From assembly GCA_031409655.1 (NCBI GenBank), contig JANNXQ010000078.1, positions 44,525 to 108,524 of the forward strand: a DNA stretch of 64,000 bases. The letters run 5' to 3'. Below the pieces are notes generated by a model that was given only the letters and a program-made list of their open reading frames with translations, did not search any database and was not told where the DNA came from. This document shows positions 38,629 to 47,999 of this stretch, piece by piece. This DNA is from Chthoniobacteraceae bacterium. Lineage in GTDB: Bacteria > Verrucomicrobiota > Verrucomicrobiia > Chthoniobacterales > Chthoniobacteraceae. Position 1 is the first letter of the stretch. Each line of letters starts with the position of its first letter. The position numbers were made by a program, and so were the translations under genes.

Positions 38629-40728
38629 ATGAATGCTCCCGCGCCTGCGCCAGTCGGCGAAGTCGTTCGCCACGTTGCCATCGCCGGCAATCCGAACTGC
38701 GGCAAGAGCACCATCTTCAATGGGCTGACCGGCCTGCGGCAAAAGGTGGGCAACTATCCCGGCGTGACCGTGGAGAAGAAGACGGGGCGCTTTTTCGGCA
38801 GCCACGGCGAAGCCATGGAGCTGCTCGACCTGCCGGGCAGCTACAGCCTGCAAGTGCGCTCGCCGGATGAAGCCGTCGCGCGCGACGTCCTGCTCGGCCG
38901 TCTCCCCGGAACGCCACGCCCCGACGCGGTCATCTGCGTGGTCGATGCCTCCAATCTCGAGCGCAATCTCTACCTCGTGGCGCAGATGCTGGAATTGCAG
39001 ATCCCCGTCGTCGTCGCCCTGAACATGGTCGATGTAGCGGAGAAAAACGGCCTCGTCATCGACCTCATGGCGTTGCGGGAAAAGCTCGGGGTGCCGGTCA
39101 TCCCGACGGTCGCGACCAAAGGCGTCGGCTTCATCGAACTGCGCCAGGCCGTCTCCCGCACGCCGCTGCCGAATCCCCCGCACTGCGCGCAGATGCCGAT
39201 CGTCCTCGAACTCGAAACCGTCGCCCTCGCGAAGCAGCTCCCGGTGGCCCAGGAAGTCGCCCGCGGCGAAGCCCTGCTCCTGCTCACGCTGCACGAGCAG
39301 GCCATCGACGAACTCGTGCATCACGACCGCGCCATCATTGCCGCGACCAAGGCTGCCCAGGAACGCCTCCGCGCCGCCGGGATCGATCCGACCTCCGCGC
39401 CCGTCGAAGCCCGCTACCAATGGATCGGTCAGATCTGCTCCGCGGCGCTGCATCGCAGCGGACTGCTCAATGCCGTCCATCCCTCCGACCGGCTCGACGC
39501 CTGGCTCACCCACCGCGTCTGGGGCTGGGTCGCCTTCCTCGCGATGATGACGCTGATGTTCTTCTGCATCTTCACCGTCGCCGCGTATCCCATGGACTGG
39601 ATCGACGCTGGCATCGGGGCTCTGGGAAAATGGGTCGGCGACCTGCTGCCGGAGAGCGATCTGCGCTCGCTGATCACCGACGGCGTGATTGCCGGCGTGG
39701 GCGGCGTCGTCATTTTTCTCCCGCAAATTCTCATCCTCTTTTTCTTCCTCGGGATCCTCGAAGACACCGGCTACATGGCCCGCGCCGCCTTCATCATGGA
39801 CCGGCTGATGTCCCGGGTCGGCCTGCACGGCAAGTCCTTCATCCCGATGCTCAGTTCCTTTGCCTGCGCCATCCCCGGCATCATGGCCACGCGGACCATC
39901 GAGAACCGCAAGGACCGCCTCGTCACCATCCTCGTCGCACCGCTCATGAGCTGCTCGGCACGGCTGCCAGTCTATGCGCTGATGATCGCCGTATTCATCC
40001 CCATGGCGTCGGCCCTGGGAAAAGCGGGCATCATGCTCGCGATGTACCTCCTCGGGATTTTCGCCGCCTTCGCGATGGCCTGGCTTTTCAAAAAGACCCT
40101 GCTCCGCGGAGAGACCCCGATGCTCCTGCTCGAGATGCCGCCCTACCGGATGCCCGCCTGGCGCACCGTGCTCCTGCGGATGTGGGAACGCGGCCTCCTC
40201 TTCCTGCGCCGCGCAGGCACCGTGATTCTCGCGCTCTCCATCCTGCTCTGGGCGCTGGCCACGTATCCGAAGCCGAGCAATCCCGACACGCCCGCCTCCG
40301 AAGCCATCGCCCACAGCTTTGCCGGAAAGATGGGGCACGCCATCGAGCCGCTCATCGCGCCACTCGGCTACGATTGGAAGATCGGGATCGGTCTCATCGC
40401 CAGCTTCGCCGCCCGCGAAGTTTTCGTCGGCACCATGTCTATCGTCTATGCCGTCGAGAGTGGTGACGACGAGGATATCACCCCGCTCCGCGACGTGATG
40501 ATTGGCGAGATCCACGAGAACGGCGCACCCGTCTTCACGCCGCTCGTTTGCATCGGCCTCATGGTCTTCTACGTTCTCGCCATGCAATGCATCAGCACCG
40601 TGGCCATCGTCCGCCGGGAAACGAACACCTGGCGCTGGCCGCTCTTTCAAATCGCCTACATGACCGCCCTCGCATGGCTCGGCGCCTTCGTCGTGTATCG
40701 AGGTGGTCAACTCTTCGGCTGGCAATGA
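38629..40728 (+). CDS. feoB: Ferrous iron transport protein B
   Basis: GNPNCGKST; VGNYPGVTVE; DLPGSYSL; LEDTGYMARAA; MSCSARLPVY. Confidence 0.97.
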   Translation: MNAPAPAPVGEVVRHVAIAGNPNCGKSTIFNGLTGLRQKVGNYPGVTVEKKTGRFFGSHGEAMELLDLPGSYSLQVRSPDEAVARDVLLGRLPGTPRPDAVICVVDASNLERNLYLVAQMLELQIPVVVALNMVDVAEKNGLVIDLMALREKLGVPVIPTVATKGVGFIELRQAVSRTPLPNPPHCAQMPIVLELETVALAKQLPVAQEVARGEALLLLTLHEQAIDELVHHDRAIIAATKAAQERLRAAGIDPTSAPVEARYQWIGQICSAALHRSGLLNAVHPSDRLDAWLTHRVWGWVAFLAMMTLMFFCIFTVAAYPMDWIDAGIGALGKWVGDLLPESDLRSLITDGVIAGVGGVVIFLPQILILFFFLGILEDTGYMARAAFIMDRLMSRVGLHGKSFIPMLSSFACAIPGIMATRTIENRKDRLVTILVAPLMSCSARLPVYALMIAVFIPMASALGKAGIMLAMYLLGIFAAFAMAWLFKKTLLRGETPMLLLEMPPYRMPAWRTVLLRMWERGLLFLRRAGTVILALSILLWALATYPKPSNPDTPASEAIAHSFAGKMGHAIEPLIAPLGYDWKIGIGLIASFAAREVFVGTMSIVYAVESGDDEDITPLRDVMIGEIHENGAPVFTPLVCIGLMVFYVLAMQCISTVAIVRRETNTWRWPLFQIAYMTALAWLGAFVVYRGGQLFGWQ

Positions 40729-40880
40729 ACCCCGCGCTCGACCAACTCCTCGTGGCCGCGCTGATCCTCGGCGCGCTCGGCTTTTTCCTCACACGATTCC
40801 TGCGGAAGCGCTCCTCCGGCAAAGCGTGCGGCAGCGACTGCGGCGGGACGACGAAATCGACGCCCAAGATCCGCCCGTAA
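40725..40880 (+). CDS. FeoB-associated Cys-rich small membrane protein
   Basis: ATGA overlap with feoB; one transmembrane helix then KACGSDCGG. Confidence 0.75.
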   Translation: MNPALDQLLVAALILGALGFFLTRFLRKRSSGKACGSDCGGTTKSTPKIRP

Positions 40881-41099
40881 GCATCGGGAGCGGCAGTAGC
40901 GTCTTACTTTTTCTCCTCCTTGTGGGAGATTATTTGCGCGACCCGCCGCCCCAACACGCGTCCGTTTCCTGGTCGTGCGTTTTCATAGATCAGGGTCGTG
41001 TGGCTCCGCCGCTCTCATCGAGCGCGACGGTGGTATCCCTCCGGACTCTGGCGGATGCCGATGATCGGCTTCTCGGACACCCCCAGCGCTAATATTGTC

Positions 41100-41112
41100 G
41101 CAATTAAATTGC
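41100..41112 (+). promoter_or_regulatory. Palindromic operator candidate
   Basis: GCAATT-A-AATTGC in an AT-rich patch 33 nt before the His-rich outer-membrane gene. Confidence 0.5.
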
Positions 41113-41145
41113 ATTAGCGGGCCGACTTCGGATAACCCTGCCCAC

Positions 41146-42006
41146 ATGAATGCACGTAGCTTCTTTACACCCCTGTTCCTTGCCTGCGGCACCTGCTGCT
41201 TCGCCCACGAATTTCCCGGACATCCTGAGCACGACCACGGAGCTTCCACGATCGTAGGATCGGAGCTTTACGTCGGGCAGCGCGGCTACTGGCACGCTGG
41301 CTTGGGCGTGAGCATGCCGCTCGGGAAAAATCTCTCGCTGGAGATTGGCGCTCATCTCGTTCGCGAAGAAACCGACGCCACCGAAGTGCCGTCGTTTGAG
41401 GCGGAGTTGATTCGCGAGTTCGCAGATGGGTGGGAACTTGAGGTCTTCGGCTTTGGCTACTCCAAAGTGGAGCAGAAGGAAGCCTGGGGGGTGGGGCTGC
41501 GCGCCACGAAGTGCTTCGCGCTCCAGGACGGCATCTTCGTGTCGCCATTTTTCGGACCGGCGTACGCCCGAGTGCGGGCCGGTGACGAGGGCGCGGCGAA
41601 GGTTGTGACGGTGCAGCACCTGCTCGCGCTCGGAGGCGTCACTTTCGAGGCCGGCCCCGTCTCCGCGACCTTCGTCGGAAGCTATTCCTTCTACGACCGA
41701 GACCCTGCGGGCCTCGAGACTCCAGTCGATTTCGAGAGCATGAGTCACTTCGCTGCCTATGAAAACAACGACGGCTTTCCCCAGGGCACCTTCGCTGTCG
41801 AGATCGCTTACGAAGTGGCGGATTGGCTGACCCTGCATGCCCGCTACGCGACGCTGCTCTTCGCCGACGAAACGCGGCACGCTGTGGCTTTCACTCCAGC
41901 GGTGAAAATCGGCGAGCGCGTCGAGTTCACGGGCGGCTTCCAATGGCTGCGCGGTGGCGAGGCGGAGAACGACCTCGCGTTCGCCGGACTGTCCGTTTCG
42001 TTTTGA
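41146..42006 (+). CDS. Putative outer-membrane beta-barrel with His-rich N-terminus
   Basis: Signal peptide; HEFPGHPEHDHG; amphipathic beta-strands; terminal Phe (GLSVSF). Confidence 0.72.
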   Translation: MNARSFFTPLFLACGTCCFAHEFPGHPEHDHGASTIVGSELYVGQRGYWHAGLGVSMPLGKNLSLEIGAHLVREETDATEVPSFEAELIREFADGWELEVFGFGYSKVEQKEAWGVGLRATKCFALQDGIFVSPFFGPAYARVRAGDEGAAKVVTVQHLLALGGVTFEAGPVSATFVGSYSFYDRDPAGLETPVDFESMSHFAAYENNDGFPQGTFAVEIAYEVADWLTLHARYATLLFADETRHAVAFTPAVKIGERVEFTGGFQWLRGGEAENDLAFAGLSVSF

Positions 42007-42066
42007 TCGGTCGAATTTTTCTCGGAAGACGAACCAAGCCCGCAACTCAGTGGGCACGAGGGGTGG

Positions 42067-42540
42067 TTACTTTTTCTTGTCGTCGTGCGCGTGGTCGCAG
42101 ATGCAGGCGTATTCCTGATATTTGCACGTCGGACACTTCTCTAGGTTCAGGTTGAACTTCTCGTAGGTGGCCTTGGCGCTCGCGTTCGCCTTGATGCTCA
42201 CGGAGACGGGGTAGTCATTGCCCGCGGGGAGCGTGTTGCTGGAGACGAGTTTGCCGCCGTCTTCCTTGAACTCGAGCTTCGTCGGCTTGCTGCGATCGCC
42301 GGCGGTCACGGCGATGACCTGGCCGCTCAGCTTCGCGGCTTTGAGGTCGTCGGTCAGCGCGGTGATTTCGACTTTGCGATCCTTGGTGACGAAGAACTCA
42401 AGGTGCGGTTCGACGGCGGTGATGACGCGGCCGCCACTGGGGCCGGCTTCCTTCTTTTCGTGTTTGTGCTCTTTCTCCGCGGCGAAGGCCGGGACGGCAA
42501 GCGCGAGGATGGTGAGGAGTTTCAGGGCGATGGATTTCAT
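42067..42540 (-). CDS. Periplasmic His/Cys-rich putative metal-binding protein
   Basis: Signal peptide MKSIALKLL; EHKHE...GPSGGR; C-terminal CPTCKYQEYACICDHAH. Confidence 0.8.
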   Translation of the reverse strand: MKSIALKLLTILALAVPAFAAEKEHKHEKKEAGPSGGRVITAVEPHLEFFVTKDRKVEITALTDDLKAAKLSGQVIAVTAGDRSKPTKLEFKEDGGKLVSSNTLPAGNDYPVSVSIKANASAKATYEKFNLNLEKCPTCKYQEYACICDHAHDDKKK

Positions 42541-42625
42541 GTGGTTTGTGTTTCGGGTTTTGCTTTTTGGTTTGGAAAAGGTGGGCCGCCGTGGTGTCCA
42601 AACCGGCACCGCGGCGGAGAGGGTT

Positions 42626-45600
42626 TTAGTGCGCGGCGCCGGCTTCGCGCTCGACGGCGGCGAGCGCGGCTTTGCGGCCGAAGGTGTAGAAGACGGTCGG
42701 TGTGACGCCGAGGCCGAGCAGGGTGCTGGTGATGAGTCCGCCGACGATGACAACGGCGACCGGGTGGAGGATTTCCTTGCCCGGCTGATCGGCGGCGAGG
42801 ACGAGCGGGATGAGGCCGATGCCCGCGGCGAGCGCGGTCATGAGCACGGGCACGAGCCGTTCCTTGGTCCCGCGGATGACCATCTCGCGGGTGAAGCTTT
42901 CCCCTTCCACCGCCATCAGATGCAGGAAGTGGCTGATCAACATGATCGAATTGCGCGCCGCAACTCCGGCCACCGCGATGAATCCGACCAACGTGGCGAT
43001 GCTGATATTGCCCAGTTTCAGGTAGGTGAAGACGAGGCCGCCGACGAGCGCGAGCGGGATGTCGAGGAGCACTTGCGCCGCGAAGAAAGGCGTCTTGAAA
43101 TAGCCATAGAGCAGAAAGGCGATGACCACGAGCACCAGCGCGGAGAAGAGGACGATGCGCTGCGTGGCTTCCTGCTGCGCCTGGAATTCGCCCTCGTAGG
43201 TAATGAAGTATCCCTCTGGCAGCTTCACCTTTTCGGTGACTTCCTTTTGCAGCCGCTGCACGAGCACGCCGACATCGCGCACCGTCGGTTTGATCGCGAT
43301 GGTGAAACGCCGCTGGCTGTTTTCGCGGAAGATGACGTTCGGCCCTTTGGCCTCGCGAACATCCGCGACGAGTGAAAGCGGGATGCGCTGGCCGGTAGTA
43401 GTCTCGACGGGAAGCTGCGCAATCTTGTCTGGCGAATCGCGCCAGTCGATCGGCAGGCGCAGAACGAGATTCACGGCGCGCTGGCCTTCGCGCAGTTCGG
43501 CGACTTCCTTGCCGCCGATCAGCGCGGAGAGCTGTTCGTTGAGGTGTCCGGGGGCGATGCCATAGGCGGCGGCGCGGTCGCGGTCGGCCTCGATGCGGAG
43601 CTGCGGGATGCTCGATTGCTGGTCGAGTTTCGCATCTTCAAAACCGGGGATGGTCTTCGCGATGGTCTGGACTTCGATCCCGAGCTGGCGGAGCTTGTCG
43701 AGGTCCGGGCCGAAGATCTTCAGCGCCACCGGTGCGCTCACGCCGGAGAGCATGTGGCCGATGCGATCGGCAAGCGGGCCGCCGATCGCGGCGAAGATGC
43801 CGGGCACGGAACGGACGCGCTGGCTCACCTCTTCGATAATCTCCTTCCGGCCGCGTGCCTGGCCACCGAGGTGTCCCTCGGCTTCGCGAAAGTCCACGTC
43901 GAACTCCGCGGTGGAAACGGGGACGACGTGATCGCCGCGTTCCGCGCGGCCGAGGCGGCGTCCGACTTTGCGCACTTCCGGCACGGAGAGGATCTGTTGT
44001 TCGATGACATCGGAGATCTTGTTCATCTCCTCCAGGGAAGTACCGGGCGCGGACGTCGCGGCGATGAGCAGCGTCTCTTCCTTGAAGGCGGGGAGGAAAT
44101 CCTTGCTCATCTGCGGATAGAGCGAGAATGCGCCGATGACGATCAGCAGCACCATGGCAAGGAGCAGATACGGCTGGCTCAGGCCAAAGCGCAGGAGGGT
44201 GTTTTCGAGCAGCCACTTCATCCGTCGCACGAGCGAGCCGTCCTGGTGTTCGCCGTCGTGCCTGGGATTGAGCAGGAAGGAGCAGAGCACCGGGATGGCC
44301 GTGAGCGAGACGACGAACGACGCGATCATCGAAATGATCGTCGCGATGGCGATGGGTGCGAAGAGCTTGCCCTCGACGCCGGTCAGCCCGAGCAGCGGCA
44401 GGAAGACGAGGATGATGAGGATGGTTGCGTAGAGGATCGAATTTCGCACTTCCCCCGAAGCCGCGGCGATGACGTGCAGCTTCGGACGCGGATGCGGCGA
44501 CGCGGCATTCTCGCGCAGCCGGCGGAAGACATTTTCCACATCGACGATGGCGTCATCGACGACCATGCCGATGGCGACCGCGAGACCACCGAGGGTCATC
44601 GAATTCACCGAGATGCCGAACCACTTGAACGTCAGCATGGTGATCGCAAACGAGAGCGGCATCGCCATGAGCGTGATGAAGGTCGTGCGGAAATTCAGCA
44701 GGAAGAGAAAGATGACGATGGTCACCATGATCGCGCCGTCGCGGATGGCTTCCGTGAGATTGCCGATGGCGTGGTCGATGAAGTCCTTTTGCTGAAAGAG
44801 CAGCGTGGTCTCGACGCCTTTGGGAAACGTGGACTTCAGCTCTTCGAGCGCGGTCTTGATCTGCCCGGTGAGCGCGCGGGTGTCGAAGCCCGGCGCTTTC
44901 GTGATCGACATGATGACGCCGTAGGTCGGCGACTTCTCCGGGTGCTGACTCACCGTCGCGTCGCCGCGCATCGGCTCGATGCCCCACACGACTTTCGCCA
45001 CGTCCGAGATGAGGATGGGCCGGTCGTTGATCTTCTTGATGACGGTGCGCCCGATGTCGTCGAGCTGCGTGGTCATGGCCAGATTGCGCACCATGATCTC
45101 CGTCGGGCCGGTATTGATGAAACCGCCGGTGCTGGTGCTCGCGGCCTCGCCCGCGGCGTGCGCCAATTCATCGAAGCCCACGTCATTCGCCTGCATCCGA
45201 AACGGATCGGGCTGAATCTCGATCTGTTTCACCCCGCCACCCATGTTCAGAATTTCCGCGATGCCGGAGACGCTTTGCAGCCGGCGCTTGATCGACCAGT
45301 CGGCCAGCGCGCGCACCTCGCGCGGCGCAAGGTAACCGGGCTCGCCTTCCTTGATCGTCGAGCGCACGCCGACGAGCAGGATCTCGCCCATGAGCGAAGC
45401 GACCGGTGTCATGAACGGCTGCACGCCCTCGGGCAGTTGTTCGCGCACGCCTTGCATCCGCTCCTGCACGAGCATCCGCGCCTGGTAGATGTCGGTGTCC
45501 CAGCCGAACTCCGCATAGACGAGCGAGAGCGACACGTCGGAATTCGAGCGCAACCGCGTCAGCCCCGCGACACCCATCAGCGCGCTCTCAATGGGTTGCG

Positions 45601-45796
45601 TCACCCGCGTTTCCACCTCTTCCGGCGCGAGCCCTGGCGCTTCGGTCAGGATGATGACAGTAGGCTTCGTGAGATCGGGCAGCACCTCCACCGGCAACTG
45701 CAGGGTCGTCTGCAAGCCCGTGACCATGAGGATGAGCGCAAGCCCGATGACGATCGCCCGGTTCGCGAGCGACCAATGGATCATCTTGTTGAGCAC
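42626..45796 (-). CDS. CusA/CzcA-family heavy-metal RND efflux permease
   Basis: PGLAPEEVE; GMVVDDAIVDVEN; ERLVPVLMTAL; 1056 aa. Confidence 0.95.
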   Translation of the reverse strand: MLNKMIHWSLANRAIVIGLALILMVTGLQTTLQLPVEVLPDLTKPTVIILTEAPGLAPEEVETRVTQPIESALMGVAGLTRLRSNSDVSLSLVYAEFGWDTDIYQARMLVQERMQGVREQLPEGVQPFMTPVASLMGEILLVGVRSTIKEGEPGYLAPREVRALADWSIKRRLQSVSGIAEILNMGGGVKQIEIQPDPFRMQANDVGFDELAHAAGEAASTSTGGFINTGPTEIMVRNLAMTTQLDDIGRTVIKKINDRPILISDVAKVVWGIEPMRGDATVSQHPEKSPTYGVIMSITKAPGFDTRALTGQIKTALEELKSTFPKGVETTLLFQQKDFIDHAIGNLTEAIRDGAIMVTIVIFLFLLNFRTTFITLMAMPLSFAITMLTFKWFGISVNSMTLGGLAVAIGMVVDDAIVDVENVFRRLRENAASPHPRPKLHVIAAASGEVRNSILYATILIILVFLPLLGLTGVEGKLFAPIAIATIISMIASFVVSLTAIPVLCSFLLNPRHDGEHQDGSLVRRMKWLLENTLLRFGLSQPYLLLAMVLLIVIGAFSLYPQMSKDFLPAFKEETLLIAATSAPGTSLEEMNKISDVIEQQILSVPEVRKVGRRLGRAERGDHVVPVSTAEFDVDFREAEGHLGGQARGRKEIIEEVSQRVRSVPGIFAAIGGPLADRIGHMLSGVSAPVALKIFGPDLDKLRQLGIEVQTIAKTIPGFEDAKLDQQSSIPQLRIEADRDRAAAYGIAPGHLNEQLSALIGGKEVAELREGQRAVNLVLRLPIDWRDSPDKIAQLPVETTTGQRIPLSLVADVREAKGPNVIFRENSQRRFTIAIKPTVRDVGVLVQRLQKEVTEKVKLPEGYFITYEGEFQAQQEATQRIVLFSALVLVVIAFLLYGYFKTPFFAAQVLLDIPLALVGGLVFTYLKLGNISIATLVGFIAVAGVAARNSIMLISHFLHLMAVEGESFTREMVIRGTKERLVPVLMTALAAGIGLIPLVLAADQPGKEILHPVAVVIVGGLITSTLLGLGVTPTVFYTFGRKAALAAVEREAGAAH

Positions 45797-46950
45797 TAAG
45801 GAGCCTCCCCGGTTTTGGCCGCAGGCGGTTCAGCGCGCGACGAACCGCGGCGCTTGGTGAGCGTCGCGACGAGGAGCAGGCCGAAAAGCACGGCGCTCAC
45901 GATCTTCCAGAGCGGGCTGGCGTGCTCGTGCTCGTGCTCGTGGCCCTCGTCGCCCGCGGCCTTCTTCGCCTGATCTTCTGGCTTCAGCTCGGAGCCGTCG
46001 GCGGCGTGCTCGTGGCCGTGCGCGGCGTCGAGCGCTTCCTTGAGCGAGACGCTGCCGCCCCCGGCGAAGGCCAGTGAGTACGCGCCGCGCGTCACCACCT
46101 TGTCGCCCGGCAGCAGGCCGCTCGCGACCTCGACGAAGCGATCATTCATCTGCCCGACGACCACCGGGCTCTTCACGAAGGCGTGCGGCAGGTCGAAGTC
46201 CTCGACATAGACGAAGCGGTTCGCCGTGTCGCCCTGCAGGGCTGCGCGCGGCACACTCATCACCCCGGAGCGTTTGCTGAGCACGATGGAAAATTCCGCA
46301 CGCATCCCGGGGCGCAGCAGCAGCTCGGGATTCTCGACGTGAAACGCGGCTTCGAGCGTGCCGCTGTCGGTGTCCGCTTCCGCGCCGAGGTGGGCGAGCT
46401 CCGCCTCGAAGGTCCGATCCGGCGCCGCCGCCACGCGCAGATGCGCCGTTTGTCCGACGCGCAATTTTCCCGCGAGATGCTCGGGCACCGCGGCGACGGC
46501 GTGGACTTCCCGCAAGTCGATGATCTCGATGAGTGAATCCTCCGGCGTGACCGGCTGCCCTGGCACCACTTTCACCGCGGAGATCAAGCCCGTGAGCGGT
46601 GCGGTGAGCGTGACGCGCGGCGGCGGATCGCCCGGCTGGCGGCTCTCGAGCACCACGGCCTCCGCACCCTTTTCGATGGTCGTGTCCACATGTGCATGGA
46701 CCTCGAGCGCGCGACCGGGGATGCGGCTGCTGATGACGGCGCGATGCCCCGGCGCCACGCGGATGCGACCGAGTGCAAAGACGATTTCCTCAAAGTCCGT
46801 CTCCTCCACTTCCACGGTTTCGATGCGGAGATTTTTAACGCCGGTCTCGTCGAGCACGACCGTGTTGGTCGAGCGCTTGGAGTCCACTTTTTCCTCGGCA
46901 AAACTGAGGACGCCGAGAACTGCGAGGACGATGAGAGTGCGTGGGATCAT
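45796..46950 (-). CDS. RND periplasmic adaptor subunit with His-rich C-terminal tail and anchor
   Basis: LTAPLTG; LRPGMRA; GLLPGDKVVTRGAY; HGHEH...HEHEHEH then a transmembrane helix; start at MIPRTLIV. Confidence 0.9.
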   Translation of the reverse strand: MIPRTLIVLAVLGVLSFAEEKVDSKRSTNTVVLDETGVKNLRIETVEVEETDFEEIVFALGRIRVAPGHRAVISSRIPGRALEVHAHVDTTIEKGAEAVVLESRQPGDPPPRVTLTAPLTGLISAVKVVPGQPVTPEDSLIEIIDLREVHAVAAVPEHLAGKLRVGQTAHLRVAAAPDRTFEAELAHLGAEADTDSGTLEAAFHVENPELLLRPGMRAEFSIVLSKRSGVMSVPRAALQGDTANRFVYVEDFDLPHAFVKSPVVVGQMNDRFVEVASGLLPGDKVVTRGAYSLAFAGGGSVSLKEALDAAHGHEHAADGSELKPEDQAKKAAGDEGHEHEHEHASPLWKIVSAVLFGLLLVATLTKRRGSSRAEPPAAKTGEAP

Positions 46951-46958
46951 GGGAGCGA

Positions 46959-47312
46959 TCAGAAGGTGACGCCCGCGGCTTTCAGCAGGCGCATAGTGAG
47001 GAAGTAGAGGCCGACGGTGAGCAGCGCGCTCGCGCCGAGGGCGGGCCAGAAGTGCCATCCGCTGCGCAGCAGCCACGGCACGGCGAGGAACATCGGGAGC
47101 GTCGGCAGGACGAACCAGAAGGTGCCCGTCATGTGCCGGGCGATGAGCGCGGAATCGCGCGTCTCGGTGAAGAGCCAGATGACCGCGAGCAGCGAGACGA
47201 GCGGGAGCGAATGGACGATCGCGGCGGTGAAGTTGTTGCGCTTGGCGAGTTCGCCGATGAGGACGACGAGCGCGCCGCTGAGCAGCGCGCGGAGGATGAG
47301 TTGGGTGTTCAT
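46959..47312 (-). CDS. Small multi-pass membrane protein (DUF3147-like)
   Basis: ELAKR...SLPLVSLLAVIWL...TFWFVLPTLPMF. Confidence 0.75.
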   Translation of the reverse strand: MNTQLILRALLSGALVVLIGELAKRNNFTAAIVHSLPLVSLLAVIWLFTETRDSALIARHMTGTFWFVLPTLPMFLAVPWLLRSGWHFWPALGASALLTVGLYFLTMRLLKAAGVTF

Positions 47313-47442
47313 GGCTTGGCTCCGAGAGCGGCGACGAGAGGGACGATGAAAATGAAAGGTCGAGACATGAGAGGATTGAAAGGGAGAGGGCGAAGAGCGG
47401 GTGGGCCAACCCCAGACGGCAGCGCCGCGCCGTGGGATCACG

Positions 47443-47471
47443 AAAAAACCGGCGAGCCCGAAGGGACCCGC
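47443..47471 (-). terminator. Terminator/attenuator-like hairpin directly after the leader ORF
   Basis: mRNA GCGGGUCC-CUUC-GGGCUCGC then CGGUUUUUU, starting 3 nt after the TAA at 47475. Confidence 0.6.
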
Positions 47472-47474
47472 AAA

Positions 47475-47888
47475 TTACACGTCGAGAGAGGGTCCGCGTA
47501 CGGGCCGAGCCGTGCGACAAACCAGCAGCCACCCCGCGGCTCTGCCGTCCGGCGGCGAGCCCCAGGAGCCATCCATACCGGGCATTTCCTCCGCCTCGCG
47601 CAGCAAGGCCACTAACCGCACCATGAGCGAATTCGGCACCGGCTCGACCAGCGGGAAGAGCGGCTTTCCGTCCAGCGCCTGGCCAGTCTGCGCCAGCCAG
47701 GTGCCGAAGTGGTGATGCTGTTCGCCATCCCCGTGCGACGCCCCGTCATCATGCCCTTCCTCGTCAGGCGCGCAGGCGATCGCACAGCCGCCATTCATCG
47801 CCGCGCAATGCTCCAGGGCCACGTGCCCGAGCGCGATCGACCACAGGGTCAGGACAAACGCGGCAAGGCATCGACGGGCAAACTTCAC
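47475..47888 (-). CDS. His/Cys-rich exported leader protein ending RGPS (CzcI/DUF2946-like)
   Basis: GTG start; signal-like N-terminus; HVALEHC, GHDDGASHGDGEQHHH; C-terminal CRTARPVRGPSLDV. Confidence 0.65.
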   Translation of the reverse strand: MKFARRCLAAFVLTLWSIALGHVALEHCAAMNGGCAIACAPDEEGHDDGASHGDGEQHHHFGTWLAQTGQALDGKPLFPLVEPVPNSLMVRLVALLREAEEMPGMDGSWGSPPDGRAAGWLLVCRTARPVRGPSLDV

Positions 47889-47999
47889 GCGCGGTGAGTG
47901 CCACAGACCTCGGGCCCGCGCAAACGGTTTCTCCCTCTGGCGTGGGCGGATGCTGGATTTAGGCTGGCACCCTGCGCGGGTGCCGCCTTTCCTCCGCGG

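Noticed and set aside
43544..45799. 751-aa plus-strand ORF, and similar long antisense ORFs at 5398-7173, 9301-11028, 18580-20682, 36180-38084 and 38578-40725
   Set aside because: These are shadow frames opposite well-supported genes, expected from high-GC codon bias; they have no recognisable motifs.
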